Below are positions 1-13,985 of a stretch of 64,000 nt of DNA, piece by piece. The translations under genes and the position numbers were made by a program. The notes beneath the pieces are model-generated. The model made no database searches and was not told the origin of the DNA. It worked only from the letters and a program-made list of their open reading frames with translations. Position 1 is the first letter of the stretch; each line of letters opens with the position of its first letter. The stretch is from Lama glama (Eukaryota): contig CM052816.1 of the NCBI GenBank assembly GCA_028534125.1, positions 54,686,001 through 54,750,000 on the forward strand. Reading direction: 5' to 3'.

Positions 1-311
1 CTGAGCCCGTTTTGCGCTTCTTCAAACTCAGCCTCCAGGATGCACACCTGACCCCCACCCTCCCTTAACCTCATGGAGCGTCCCCACCATCTCCAGGTTA
101 AATGTAAGCTCCGGGACGCGCTGCTGCGCGTCTCACCTGCCCCGTCTACCTAGCGTGGAGCACACGGCTCCGGGGACCTTGCTGAGCTCAGGCAGCAGTC
201 CCCAGGGAGGCCTCCCTGACATCGCTCAGCTCCCCAGAATGTTCGTGCCCTCCGAGTGCTCCTGTGCCGCCTCATGCTTTCCTGTCCCCGCACAAGAACT
301 GGGTTAAAGGG

Positions 312-545
312 AAATAATAGCAGCTAACATTAATCACCACATCCTCTGACCAAGCACCATTCTAGGCAATTTAAATGTATTCATTCATTTCATCCTCAAA
401 ATTCGTATGAGGAATTATCAGCCCTGTGTTCCTGATCATTAAGTTGAGGCAAAAAGAAATTAATAGCTTTCCCAGTCACCACCGTGGTTAAGTGGGGATT
501 TGAACCCAGGGCACCTGGCTCCAGGGCTCTTGCTCTTCACCACTA
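312..545 (-). mobile_element. MIR SINE
   Basis: MIR hallmarks: aataatagcagctaacatt, ggatttgaacccagg, ggctccagggctcttgctcttcaccacta. Confidence 0.75.
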
Positions 546-1939
546 GGAGGCGCTGGTGGTGGTGGGGTCTATCTCAAGCAATTTCTTGGGAGACGCAGAG
601 CCTTCCCATTGTTATGCAGAGATTTATGGGCTCCAGCTCATAAATGATCGCTCTTCCTGCTTTGTCTCCTGATAACAAACAGCATACCTGCCTCGCCCTG
701 GGTCTGGACTCCGCAGTCACAAAGACTTTCTCAGACCTGTGTGACTCCCAGCCAGGGCTCCGGAATTCTCACTCTCCACCCCCTGAAATCAAGATAAGAG
801 CTTTCTCCTTACCTCATCTCCCCAGGAGGCAGTTTTAAGTTAAAAAAAAAACAAAAGTGGAAGATTCTAGTTTCTAAAGTTGGTAGTTGCAGTTTGAGGA
901 AGGAGGGCTCTGGGCCACAGGGTGGGGGCTGGGGAGGACAAACAAGTTCAGAGGGTGGTTGCCATGGGGATTCCTGCGTAAAAATTTCTTTACCTTGGCC
1001 AAGAGGAGAAAGAAAAACCGGGGGAGAGGAACCCGAGGGAGGAGCCTGACAGTGGCGCAGAGCCCCAGGGTTCTGACATGTCCCTTGTCCTGCACAGTCA
1101 GTCCTTCTGGCTCCTGTGACCATCCTGGCCTCCCGCTTCCCGCCCACATAACCCTGAGAAACTCAGGAGTCATGTCCTCTCCAAGCTGAAACATCTGGAA
1201 CAACCTTCAGGCTGTGACTTTTGACCCTCCTAGATCTGCTCAGCAGATTTTACTTTTTTTTTTTTTTTTAACATTTTCTTTTATAGAGTTAAAGTAGATT
1301 TTACTTTCTTTTGCTCATGCCTTCCCAGATGCCAGTTGCAGATCACTCCCAAGAAGACGCAGCTTCTCTCCGACCAGCCAGCGCAGGGCATGCCTGGACT
1401 GGCAGCCCTGGCCTAAGATGGCTCTTGGCCTGGAGAACCACCACTCTTAAGAGGAGAAGGGGGCAGACGCCAGTCAGAGTGTCCAACACACAACAGTATC
1501 TCTAAAGAAAAAACTCCAGGATAGGTTCTGAAGACTGAAACATCTCTCTAAAATAACCATTCTAGCCCACCTGAAAAAGAAAATTAAAGGCTCCAAACTG
1601 TAGGATTATGGAATGATAGACCCTGGGGAGGCCAGAATGAATGCATGGGAGCAGAAGGCACATGTGAAACGCCCGCACTGCCAGTTAATGATGGATCCTG
1701 TCGGAGCAGAATTCCCAGGCACAGCCAGCCACATCCTGATGTGGCCTGGGGTCCTGTTCTTCCCTGTCCCCAGGAACATATTAAGATCACCACAGAGAGA
1801 AGCAGAGTGATAAGGATTTTTATATTCATAGTTGCTTTCCATAAAATGCAAAATGAACAGATGTGTAAGAGTTCTTGGGTCAGCAGTCTTTTATCTCCCT
1901 CGAGGCTTTTTAAATTGCCGGTGGAGTGCAATTAGCAAA

Positions 1940-2425
1940 AATCCAGACCGTGGGAAAATCTACAAACAAATAACCTTGTTGTCTTCAACAAACAAATTGC
2001 AAGAAGGAAAAAAAAAAGAGAGAGAAATTAAGAGTCTTAAAAGATATTCATCAATTGCAACATGTAAACTTTATTTGGATTCTGTTTTCTGTTTTTTTTT
2101 AACTAAAAAGAAACTAATTATGACATTTGAGACAAGTGGGAATTTGAAACAGAGAAGATATTTGATATGAAAGGATTGCTTGTTTTTAAGGTATGGTTTT
2201 TAGATTCCTTTTCTTTTAGAGTCACTGAAACATTTACAGGTGAAATAATACTGTTTCTGGGACTTGCTTCAGAATTAATGGGATGGGGAGGCAAAAGGGG
2301 TAGAATTGAAGGATTGATGGTTCTTGGTATTGAGTGATGGGTACACGGACACAGATCTTCCTTACACAATTCTGTCAACTTCTGTGTGGGTACAAAATTC
2401 TCCATAATTATGAATTTTTTTAAGT
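1940..2425 (+). mobile_element. Old L1 (L1MC/ME-type) 3' UTR fragment
   Basis: Resembles the L1MC 3' end (aacaaataaccttgttgtcttcaacaaacaaattgc...tgaaacatttacaggtgaaataata...). Similar sequence recurs at 17350-18070. Confidence 0.6.
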
Positions 2426-3469
2426 AAAAAAAAGAGATTCTGGTTTTAACTTACAGAAACTATCATTGGAATAAATACCATCATTTCACTTTTTGCCCTG
2501 AAATTTTTTAAACTGTAAATTCTGATAATTCAGCTATATTTTAAACAAAATCTCCCATCTATAAAAATCTTTAGTTGGAGGAATTTTCCTTTCTGTCACC
2601 AGTAAGAATTAGATACAGTCCCCTCCAAGTGCCCAGGTGGCTTCTGAAAGAAACACAGAACGTAAGGCTTGGCTAAAACTGTGCTCTTGGGATTAAGTAA
2701 TTAAGTCTAGCCCATGCTACATAGAAGCTCTAATTAAACCCTTTTATGTACTGAAGTCATGCACCCCAGGCTATGTGCTGAAGCAGGAGGGAGGACCTCA
2801 GACCTGAGCCAAGACCCGATGCTGAGAATTAATCCCTCATCTGCAGGTGAGCTGGCTGGCGCCCAGGGCTCAGACTCTGAGCTATTGAGTACCAGCTGTA
2901 GGGGATGCAGCCATGCCCTCTTATTCTCTACAGAAGAAAAGAAAGAAAGAAAAATAGAGGATTTTCTAGAACAAAGGATGTTCCAAATGGAACAGAACTT
3001 TTCTGCAACTCACCCGGAAGAATAATTTAGGTTACCTCTCAGAGATAATACAAAGAGAAATGGGACCAGATTTCCCAAGGCTGGCACCTTTCAAGTGTCA
3101 CTGCTTAAGTGGTAAAGAGTGGCAGGAGAAAAATATGCCCAAAATATAAAGTAAATAAAGAAGGAAAGACACAGCGTCATTTCTCCCAAGGTGCTCATAG
3201 CTCTGCATGATCATTACATTCAAAATTTGTGACATTTAGATTGGCAAATATTTAAGACTGTGAAAACTCTGTGTTTACAACAGTTTGGGTCAAAGACACT
3301 CACACTTCGTTGACACATGTAAATTGGTACACATGTAAATTGGTACACATCTGAGGAGGGCAATTTATCATGATCAAAATTACACATACCCTCTGACCCA
3401 GAAATTCTACTTCTAGAAATACAGTGTATCCTAAGACACTCCCACCATCAATATCTCCCTGTCAACTGG

Positions 3470-4805
3470 ACCATTCCCATCACCATATTCCAAAGATAAC
3501 AGATCACTCTCATTGCCTCTCTTGCTCAACATTCCTCTGCACCCTTTCACAATTAAACTTGTTGTATGGGATTATCTATCACCACTGCATTCAATTCCTT
3601 ACTTCTCATTCTTTCTTGAACACACCCCATTCTGTCTTCCTATCCCCTTCACACCGTGGAGACTGGTGGTCTTGTCAAGGTGACCAGTGTTCTCCAGGTG
3701 GTAAGATCCAATGGTCACTTCTCTGTTCTCATCTCACTTGACCTGTCAGTAATATCCCAAACGACTGACCACTCTCTTCTTTATGCCCTTGGCTTCCCTG
3801 ACAGCATATTCCCTGGCCTTTCTTCCTGCTCCAGAGGCCAGTCCTTCTCAGTCTTCTTTTACTGGCTTCTTTTCTGCTCAAAAAGTTTTAAGTACCAAAG
3901 GCCTTTGTCCCAGGTCCCCTTCTATTCATCTATTATCTTCCTTAGGATACCTCACCAAGTACTTTGCTTTGAAAGTGCTAGTGATGTGGCAAACACTCAG
4001 ATCTGTATCTCCAGCCTTGATCACTATAAAAAGAAAAATCTAGAATCAGATATCCAAATGTCCTCCTCAACGGTTCTACTTGAATGTTGACAAGCATCTC
4101 AAACTCAAGATGTCACGGCCAAAATAGAACTCTTGACTTTCAGCCTCCAAATTTGCTCACTCCTATTTCAGCATCATCCATGGACAATACGGTATGATCC
4201 TTGATTCTTCACATCTTTACCTTCAAAATACAGCCCATATTAGTTCCCTTCTCTCCATAACTATCATCATCCTCATTCAAGCCAACATTATCTCTTGTTT
4301 GCGTTGCTGAAATTTCCTAACTGCTTCCCTTTTGTCCTTCTATAATCCATATTCTGTAGTAGCCAGCGACTCTATCAGTAAAACGGCCCTATGGCATCCC
4401 ACCTAGAATGAAAGTCAAGATCCTTATTCCCTTACAAGTCCCTTCAGTTATCCGGCGCCTGCCACCCTCTCCAACCTGCTTGTTCATACTCTCCTTCCCC
4501 TCCCCCACTCCCATAAAGCTTTTGCTTGGGATCTTCCCATGGCCGGCTCTCTTGTCCTTTATATTGCACCTTAAATTTCACCTTCTTAGAAACCTTCTCT
4601 GATAATCTAATACAATACACTCTTAGCATTTACCCTCTCTCAGAATTTACCATGATTAGATATTTTTCTTATTTTTGGTCTCTGTCCAATTAGAAAGCTA
4701 ACTCAACGAGAAAAGAGATCTTGTCTATTTTGTTCTCCACAATATCCCTCACTGCTTTGAGCATGATTTGGCACATAGTACACGGTGGAAGAATGTTGAA
4801 TAAAC
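3470..4805 (+). mobile_element. L2 LINE fragment including its 3' end
   Basis: L2 motifs ccaatggtcacttctctgttctcatctcacttgacc and catctcaaactcaa; terminal ggcacatagt...tgttgaataaac. Confidence 0.75.
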
Positions 4806-5007
4806 AAGTATATAAAAACATAGAAAGATACTCACCCAAGATTGCTTGAACAGCACTACAAGCAGAGCAAAACCCTGGGAACAACCTAAAAGCTAGAGGA
4901 TTCCTTAAATACTAGCACATCCATACAATGGATACAACCATTTCAGATAATGAGGTCAATCTATAAATGCTGATATGGAAATATTGTCCAAGATGTGTTC
5001 ATATACA

Positions 5008-5515
5008 TAGTGGGGCAGCCAGCCTTCATCGTGGACCCCAGTCATCCTCGATTCCTGATATTTATGCTCTTATGTAGCCTCTTCCCAAAGTGAATTGGAG
5101 CTAGTCTGTGTGACCAGTAAAGCGCAGATGACGGTGTGTGTGACTTCTGAGGCCAGGTTCTAAAGGGCACTGCAGCTCCTCCTTGTTCTCTTGGCTCACT
5201 CACTTTGGGGAAAGCGACCTTTGTGTTATGAGGTCACTTGAGCAGGGCTGTGGAGAGGAACTAAGGCTCCTGCCATCAGCCAGCACCAACTTGCCAGCCC
5301 TGTGAGAGAGCCACACTGGAAGTGCTTCCCCCAGCCCCAGTCAAGCCTTCAGATGACAGCAACCTCGTGAGATGCCAAGTCAGAACCACCTGGCTGAACC
5401 GCTCCTGAATTCATGACCCACAGAAACTGTGCAAGTTAGTAAATGTTTATTGTTGTTTTGAGCTATTAAGTTTTGAGGGTTGGTTTTAAATAAATACAGC
5501 AGACATAGGATAACT
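5008..5515 (+). mobile_element. MaLR solo LTR (MLT1-type)
   Basis: ccccagtcaagccttcagatgac...gacccacagaaactgtg...taaatgtttattgttgttttgagc is typical MLT1 sequence. Confidence 0.75.
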
Positions 5516-7468
5516 CTTCTTTCACTTAAAAAAAAAAAGCATATAGGTACATATACTTACACAAAAAATACCTGAAAGGACTCACAAAGGGAATACCTGG
5601 GTTCGGGCATGGAGGTAGAGAAGGGATATGTCCACTTTTCAGCACATGCTCTTACCTTCTCAGATTTATTTACAAGAACCACTTATTACTTTTATAATTC
5701 TTAACAGTTTGTTTTTTAAAGGGTTAAGCATACCAGTGTTAAGAGAGATATGCCACAATAATGGCCGTTCCTAAGTCTTCTTGTCCTTTTGTTTTCCTTG
5801 ACTTTCCCCCAATCTCAAGACCTGGCTTTAGAACAGGCTCTTCTTTAAAGGCTTTCCAGGAGCCCCAATACTTGAAGGATTGGTTGCGTGCTTTTGTTTT
5901 TGTTTTTTAAAAACAAATTAATTTCGCTGAGAATATCAACCCCACGCCTAAAATGCTGCTACAGAGGGAATCCTAATTTAAGTATTTGCACTTAATAAAG
6001 CAATAGTGTTGCAAGAACTGTGGGATAAAAGAATGAACCACTCTTACTTGCTGGGTGCCAATGGCTTGACTGGCTTGACGAGAGGTGACGATGGAGCCCA
6101 CAGGCTGTGGTTTCTGCAGGAGGAGGTGGCCCGTAACCCTGGCTGTGCCTAATTTCTCACCAGTAAAGACAGATGCTGGCAAATATTCCACAGATTGACT
6201 AACAGGTAGAGGCAAAGGCAGCTCATACCCAAACCACGGAATTTGTCATACTCTCCCTCCATAAAGACAATTCCAAAGTGAGTGACTCCAATTATTTACA
6301 TTTAAACAGAACAACCACCTCAGTGTGGGTTCAAGTCTTGGATAAAATGGAGAACTGGATCTCTCAGGGGTTTGGGGTTTTTTTTTTTCCTTCAGAATTA
6401 GGGGTAGGGGGGACACATGCCTTTGACAAATGTGAAATCAGAAACTTTGCTTTTTAAGACAACATCCAAACTCTGCAGCACAGATCCAAGATTTTAATCA
6501 GTGAGACCAGGGCACAGAATGATGAACTGTACCTTTGACTTGGTAATATAATCCAGTCCTCTCAAGGCCTCCAAGGGGTTAAATTTACAGGAAAAAAGTT
6601 GTCATCACTAAACTATGCACACTGATGAGGTTATAGCCTCAGGATTTATGAAATCTTGATAACCGGGAAATTAATTACCTCTGGAACTCCTACTGCAAAC
6701 AACTGAAAGGGCTACAGGGCAGTACCCAGTAAAACTACACCAGTCAAGTCAGTGTAGCATGTGTCCCACACAGTGGGTACAAATCTATATTTGCTTCCAA
6801 ACTAAGAGAACCCTCTTTCAGTCAATGGGGCCAGTGGACTGCAACACATTCAAATTTTCAGATAGTTTAGAAAAATCAGACCCCAGTAAGACAGGGAAGA
6901 CAGGAGCAGACAAGCACATCCAGGGCACTTCCGCGCTCCAGGCCAGAGCTGGCCTGATTCAGGCAGACCAGGGCTTTTATGAGCCGCTCCTCAAAGGTAA
7001 AAGAAACAAAAAGGATGTGGAAAGCGTTTGCTTCGGCCAACAAACATTCTTAGAATTCTGTTTCTCAAATCATTTCTCTTATACTTCTTAAGGTATGTTC
7101 ACAGACTTGGTGAACGTGTTCCAAGAAAAATAACGCCTTCAATAGGGTGGTGATTACATTATGATCGTCCCTGCATGGAATACTACCTGGTCACTGGAAA
7201 CAATGAGGCAATCAGTATGAATTGATTTAGAAATTGACACATACATGCACATATATGTATTTACATACACATACGTATTCTTATTTTAAAAGTATGAAAT
7301 ACGTTATTTTCTATAAACAAATTATGATAAAAATGGGTTCCCTCTGAGAGATAAGAATGGGCCTGGATAGCAAAGGAGTACATTTTTTATTTTATATATT
7401 TTTATTTAGTTTGATTTTTTTAAACCATCAGCATATATTATGAAAGTGACAGATAAAGAAGTGGCAAA

Positions 7469-10535
<3,067 letters not shown>

Positions 10536-10799
10536 AAGTGGCAAATACCAAAAAAAAAGTTTTCTACTGGATCAGCCCATAGACCACCTTGTGAGGCCAC
10601 TGTGAGCCATTTGTTTCTGTTCCCTTTGATCCTGTGTTCACCACCTTTTGCTTCCCTCCCAAAAAGAAAAATAAAGACAACCCCACAAGCCTGCTATGAG
10701 ACTGAAAGCAGAGTCAGCAGGCAAGGAAGGCAGGGTGTATCTGGCACTGGCGGGAAAGCAGGCAGATCAGAACTGAGATCTCATCAGCAGTCAGAGAAC

Positions 10800-11020
10800 A
10801 GCAATAATGCTATGAAAAATGTATGAGTGCATGTGTGTGCCAAACACCAAATCCTTGTAACTCTATAAGCAAGATAGTATAAACTTTATTCTACAGATGA
10901 GGAAAAAGAGGCACAGAGGAGCATCTTCCCTAAGGAGACCAAAACAGAGAAATGATGGAGTCGGAATTCAGCCCTGCCTGGCAGTTCAGGGCCTGCAGTC
11001 TTGGCCACTAGGCTGTGCAG
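10800..11020 (-). mobile_element. MIR SINE
   Basis: ttctacagatgaggaaaaagaggcacagag MIR core. Confidence 0.65.
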
Positions 11021-11294
11021 CTTCAGTAGAAATTAAAACAAGAATGAAATTTTTGCCCAATCACATTGGTACCTTTTCAAAGGACTGATAGATCAGGTGT
11101 GGAAGAGCATTTCAGGACATAGGTGCAAACGTACTTTTTGGTAGAAGAGTAAATTGCTGAAGGCAGTTTGGTCAGTGTTACCGAAACTTACATCTAACTT
11201 GTGACCTGGCCTTTTTACTTCCAGGAACTCATCCTAAAGAAATACAGAGGTGTCTGCATACAGATATTCAATGCAGCACTCCTTTAATAGGAGC

Positions 11295-11297
<3 letters not shown>

Positions 11298-11352
<55 letters not shown>
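11298..11352. repeat. (AG)n microsatellite, about 27 units
   Basis: Perfect dinucleotide run about 300 bp beyond the inferred F2RL1 3' end. Confidence 0.98.
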
Positions 11353-11360
<8 letters not shown>

Positions 11361-11619
11361 CAGGAGCCACAGGTAGGAAAATGACTACATTCATCACAGT
11401 ACATCCAAAATATTAAATAGTCTGCAGCCTTTAAAAATGGAGGTCAATCCAGAGATGCAGGCATGGAAAGAATTCTAAAATGTGGTTAAAGGGAAAACAG
11501 TGATCGCAGAGCACTGTGTACAGCATGGACCTATTTATGTAAAAAATAAGGTGTGAACATCACATCATTCCTTCTTAGAAGGGGAGTGATGCCATCGCTT
11601 CCCTTCTCTCTCTCCTTCC

Positions 11620-11693
11620 CTCAAAAACAAAAACAAAAAAGCAAAACCCACGCAGTCAGAAATGAGTCATAAAAAGGCGACATGTTATTTATA
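11620..11693 (-). terminator. Candidate F2RL1 polyadenylation site (variant UAUAAA signal plus downstream GU/U-rich element)
   Basis: Minus strand reads gattTATAAAtaacatgtcgcc...tgcgtgggttttgcttttttgtttttgtttttg. I saw no canonical AATAAA between the stop codon and this point. Confidence 0.5.
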
Positions 11694-12873
11694 AATCAGT
11701 CATACAATAAAATAATTATTTTAAAAGGTCACAAATGCAACAGTTGTATAAAGTCAACCTGGAGTCAAGTACCTCTTCAAATACATTGCAAATCACCTCT
11801 ATTTTAGTGTTCCTTTCCAAAGCAGATGTGGTTCAAACCCAGTCATGGCTTTGTAATTTCATATTTGATAGCAAGTCAATAAAGCTGACAATAAACAGTC
11901 CAACAATAATTTTTTAAAATACTGAGTGGTAAACGCTCTTCTTAGTTGCGAAAGAGTCAATTACTCAGACAGCCTGAAGATTTCACTGAAGTCAGTAAAA
12001 AATTATATGAAATTAATTGTTCCATGTTTAAAATCCTCATTGTATTTTCCTTGAAGTGATAATAATGCATACAAAAGGGCTGATAAAGAAATAATAGAAA
12101 GTCCCAGTAAGACAAGCTTCATTATAAGCTAAACATAAAAGAGACACACAGCATTCTGCTTGCTTTTCTTTTCAAAAAATACCATGGCCCCTTATCAAGT
12201 GGAAGAGCACTACTTAGACCAGTGGTTCCCAAACTTTGGTGTGCACAAGGCTCATTAAAATGCAGGTTCCTGGACCCTGTTCCCAGACTCCGAGCTCACA
12301 TTCCTGAGTCTGATGAATCTGCATTTTTAAACAAGATCCACAATGATTTTGATGAGGTGGTACAAGAACCCCAGAGACCATTCAAATTCTACTGTCCAGT
12401 CCTAACTGGCTACCAGTGGTTGGACACCTGATTCTGGACCTCTCCCTCAGCTCTCTAGTATCCTCATTATAAAGCCAGTCAATTGGACTGATCATCTCTG
12501 AGGGCCCTTAAGCCCTAACAAGGCTGTGACTGACCCCACATGTAAAAGAAATGTAGTTTCAGCTAAGAACTTAGTCTTCATGCCAAGACTAGGTTTTGCA
12601 AATCACTGAGTTTCTGTCTTTTCCTTCTGAAAAGTCTGCTTCTGTCAGTTTCATTTCTGGGAGCACCTGAGCAGAGGAATTCTGAAACTGACTTCTCTGT
12701 TAATTTGGGGCACTTTCCTTATGCAAACAGGGAAGCTCCCAGCAATCCTGAGAGGCGCTGCAAATACATGGTATGTGGTGAGACCTCTGGTTATAGAACA
12801 CCATTAACATCCCTGTAACGTTGAGCAGGCTCCAAATCCTCCAGCACAACTTCCGTTGGAAGACCTGGAAAAC
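11670..12873 (-). other. F2RL1: F2RL1 3' UTR (3' end approximate)
   Basis: AU-rich sequence after the stop codon, ending near a TATAAA hexamer (11693-11688) followed by a GU/U-rich tract (about 11655-11620). Confidence 0.6.
12220..12380. mobile_element. MER5A-like hAT/Charlie DNA transposon remnant inside the F2RL1 3' UTR
   Basis: cagtggttcccaaactttggtgtgca...gaatctgcatttttaaacaag...gattttgatg matches the MER5A terminus and internal motifs. Confidence 0.65.
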
Positions 12874-13985
12874 TCAATAGGAGGTTTTAACGCTTGTTGA
12901 ACTTGAAGAGTAAGAGCTGGATTTCCTAGAGAATTTCTTTGATGTGAGGGATACTTGCATCCGCTTTACGGTACGGACACTCCTGCAAAGAAGGGCATTC
13001 TTTGCATGATCCCTGAAGTCTTGTGAAACGAAGTAATAGACAAAAGGGTCAATGCAGCTGTTGAGGGTGGAGAGGCAGAGGGCAACGATGTACAGGGCGT
13101 AGACGTGGCTCTGGCCCCAGTTTTTAATCAGGAAGTAGTGCACCACGAGCAGAAGGTTGCTGGGAGTGAAGCAGATGAGGTACATGGCCAGGACAGTGAT
13201 GATGAGCTTGATAGCCCTCTGCCTCTTCTTTCCCGAGTTTTCGTCCATGGTGGAAGACCGGAGTGTCCTGATCATCAGCACGTAAGCAGAGGCTGTGAGG
13301 AAGGCGGGGAACAGAAAGACTCCAATGGCCAAAGAGAGGAAGTAATTGAACATGTCCCCCACCAACACCTCCTCAGGCAGAACATCATGACAGGTGGTGA
13401 TGTTAAGGGCGGGGATGTTGATGGTCTGCTTCACCACGTACAAGGGGATGGTCACCAGCAGGATCAGGAGCCATATTCCCAGAGAGACACCAATGGCAAT
13501 GTTTGCCTTCTTCCTGGGGTGCACCATGGGGTTCACGATGACCCAGTACCTCTGTACGCTGAGGCAGGTCATGAAGAGGATGGAACAGTACATGTTGCCA
13601 TAGAAAAAGCCAATGAGGACCTTGCAAAGAGATTCCCCGTAAATCCAGTTGTTGCCATGTATGTGGTAGGCGATCTTCAGAGGGAACCAGATAATAGAGA
13701 GGAGGTCTGCCAAGGCCAGATTGGCCATGTAAATCACAGCGGGGTGCTTCTTCTTTGTTCGGAAAAGAAAGACCCACAGGGCCATGCCATTACTCGGCAA
13801 ACCGACCACAAATACGATCGTGTAGACAATGGGGAGAAAGACAGTGGTCAGTTTGCCAGTGAGGACGGAGGTAGAAAACTCATCCACGGAGAAGCCGGGT
13901 AACACTGTCACTCCTTTCCCTGTGATGTGAGGTGGGCTATCAGCCTTACCAATGAGACTTCTTCCTTTAGAGGGTCTACTGTTTC
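12874..13985 (-). CDS. F2RL1: PAR2 coding exon 2 (cleavage site, tethered ligand, 7TM domain, C-tail); spliced protein 397 aa
   Basis: Acceptor ttctcgtacag|GA joins exon 1 in frame (82+1112=1194 nt, 397 aa plus TGA). Gives GNSRPSKGR/SLIGKA..., LALAD in TM2, QRY, CHDV in ECL2, DPFVY in TM7, Cys361 and the Ser-rich tail ending KTSY. Numbering matches human PAR2 (R36/S37, K131, H135, C361). Confidence 0.99.

Noticed and set aside
13105..13902. 265-aa ORF on + antisense to F2RL1 exon 2
   Set aside because: Shadow frame of a codon-biased coding exon. It starts at GTG, and I see no recognisable domain or independent promoter or splice support.
13909..13911. ORF-track start of the 345-aa PAR2 ORF
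   Set aside because: This is a GTG (Val53) inside exon 2; the real start is the ATG in exon 1.
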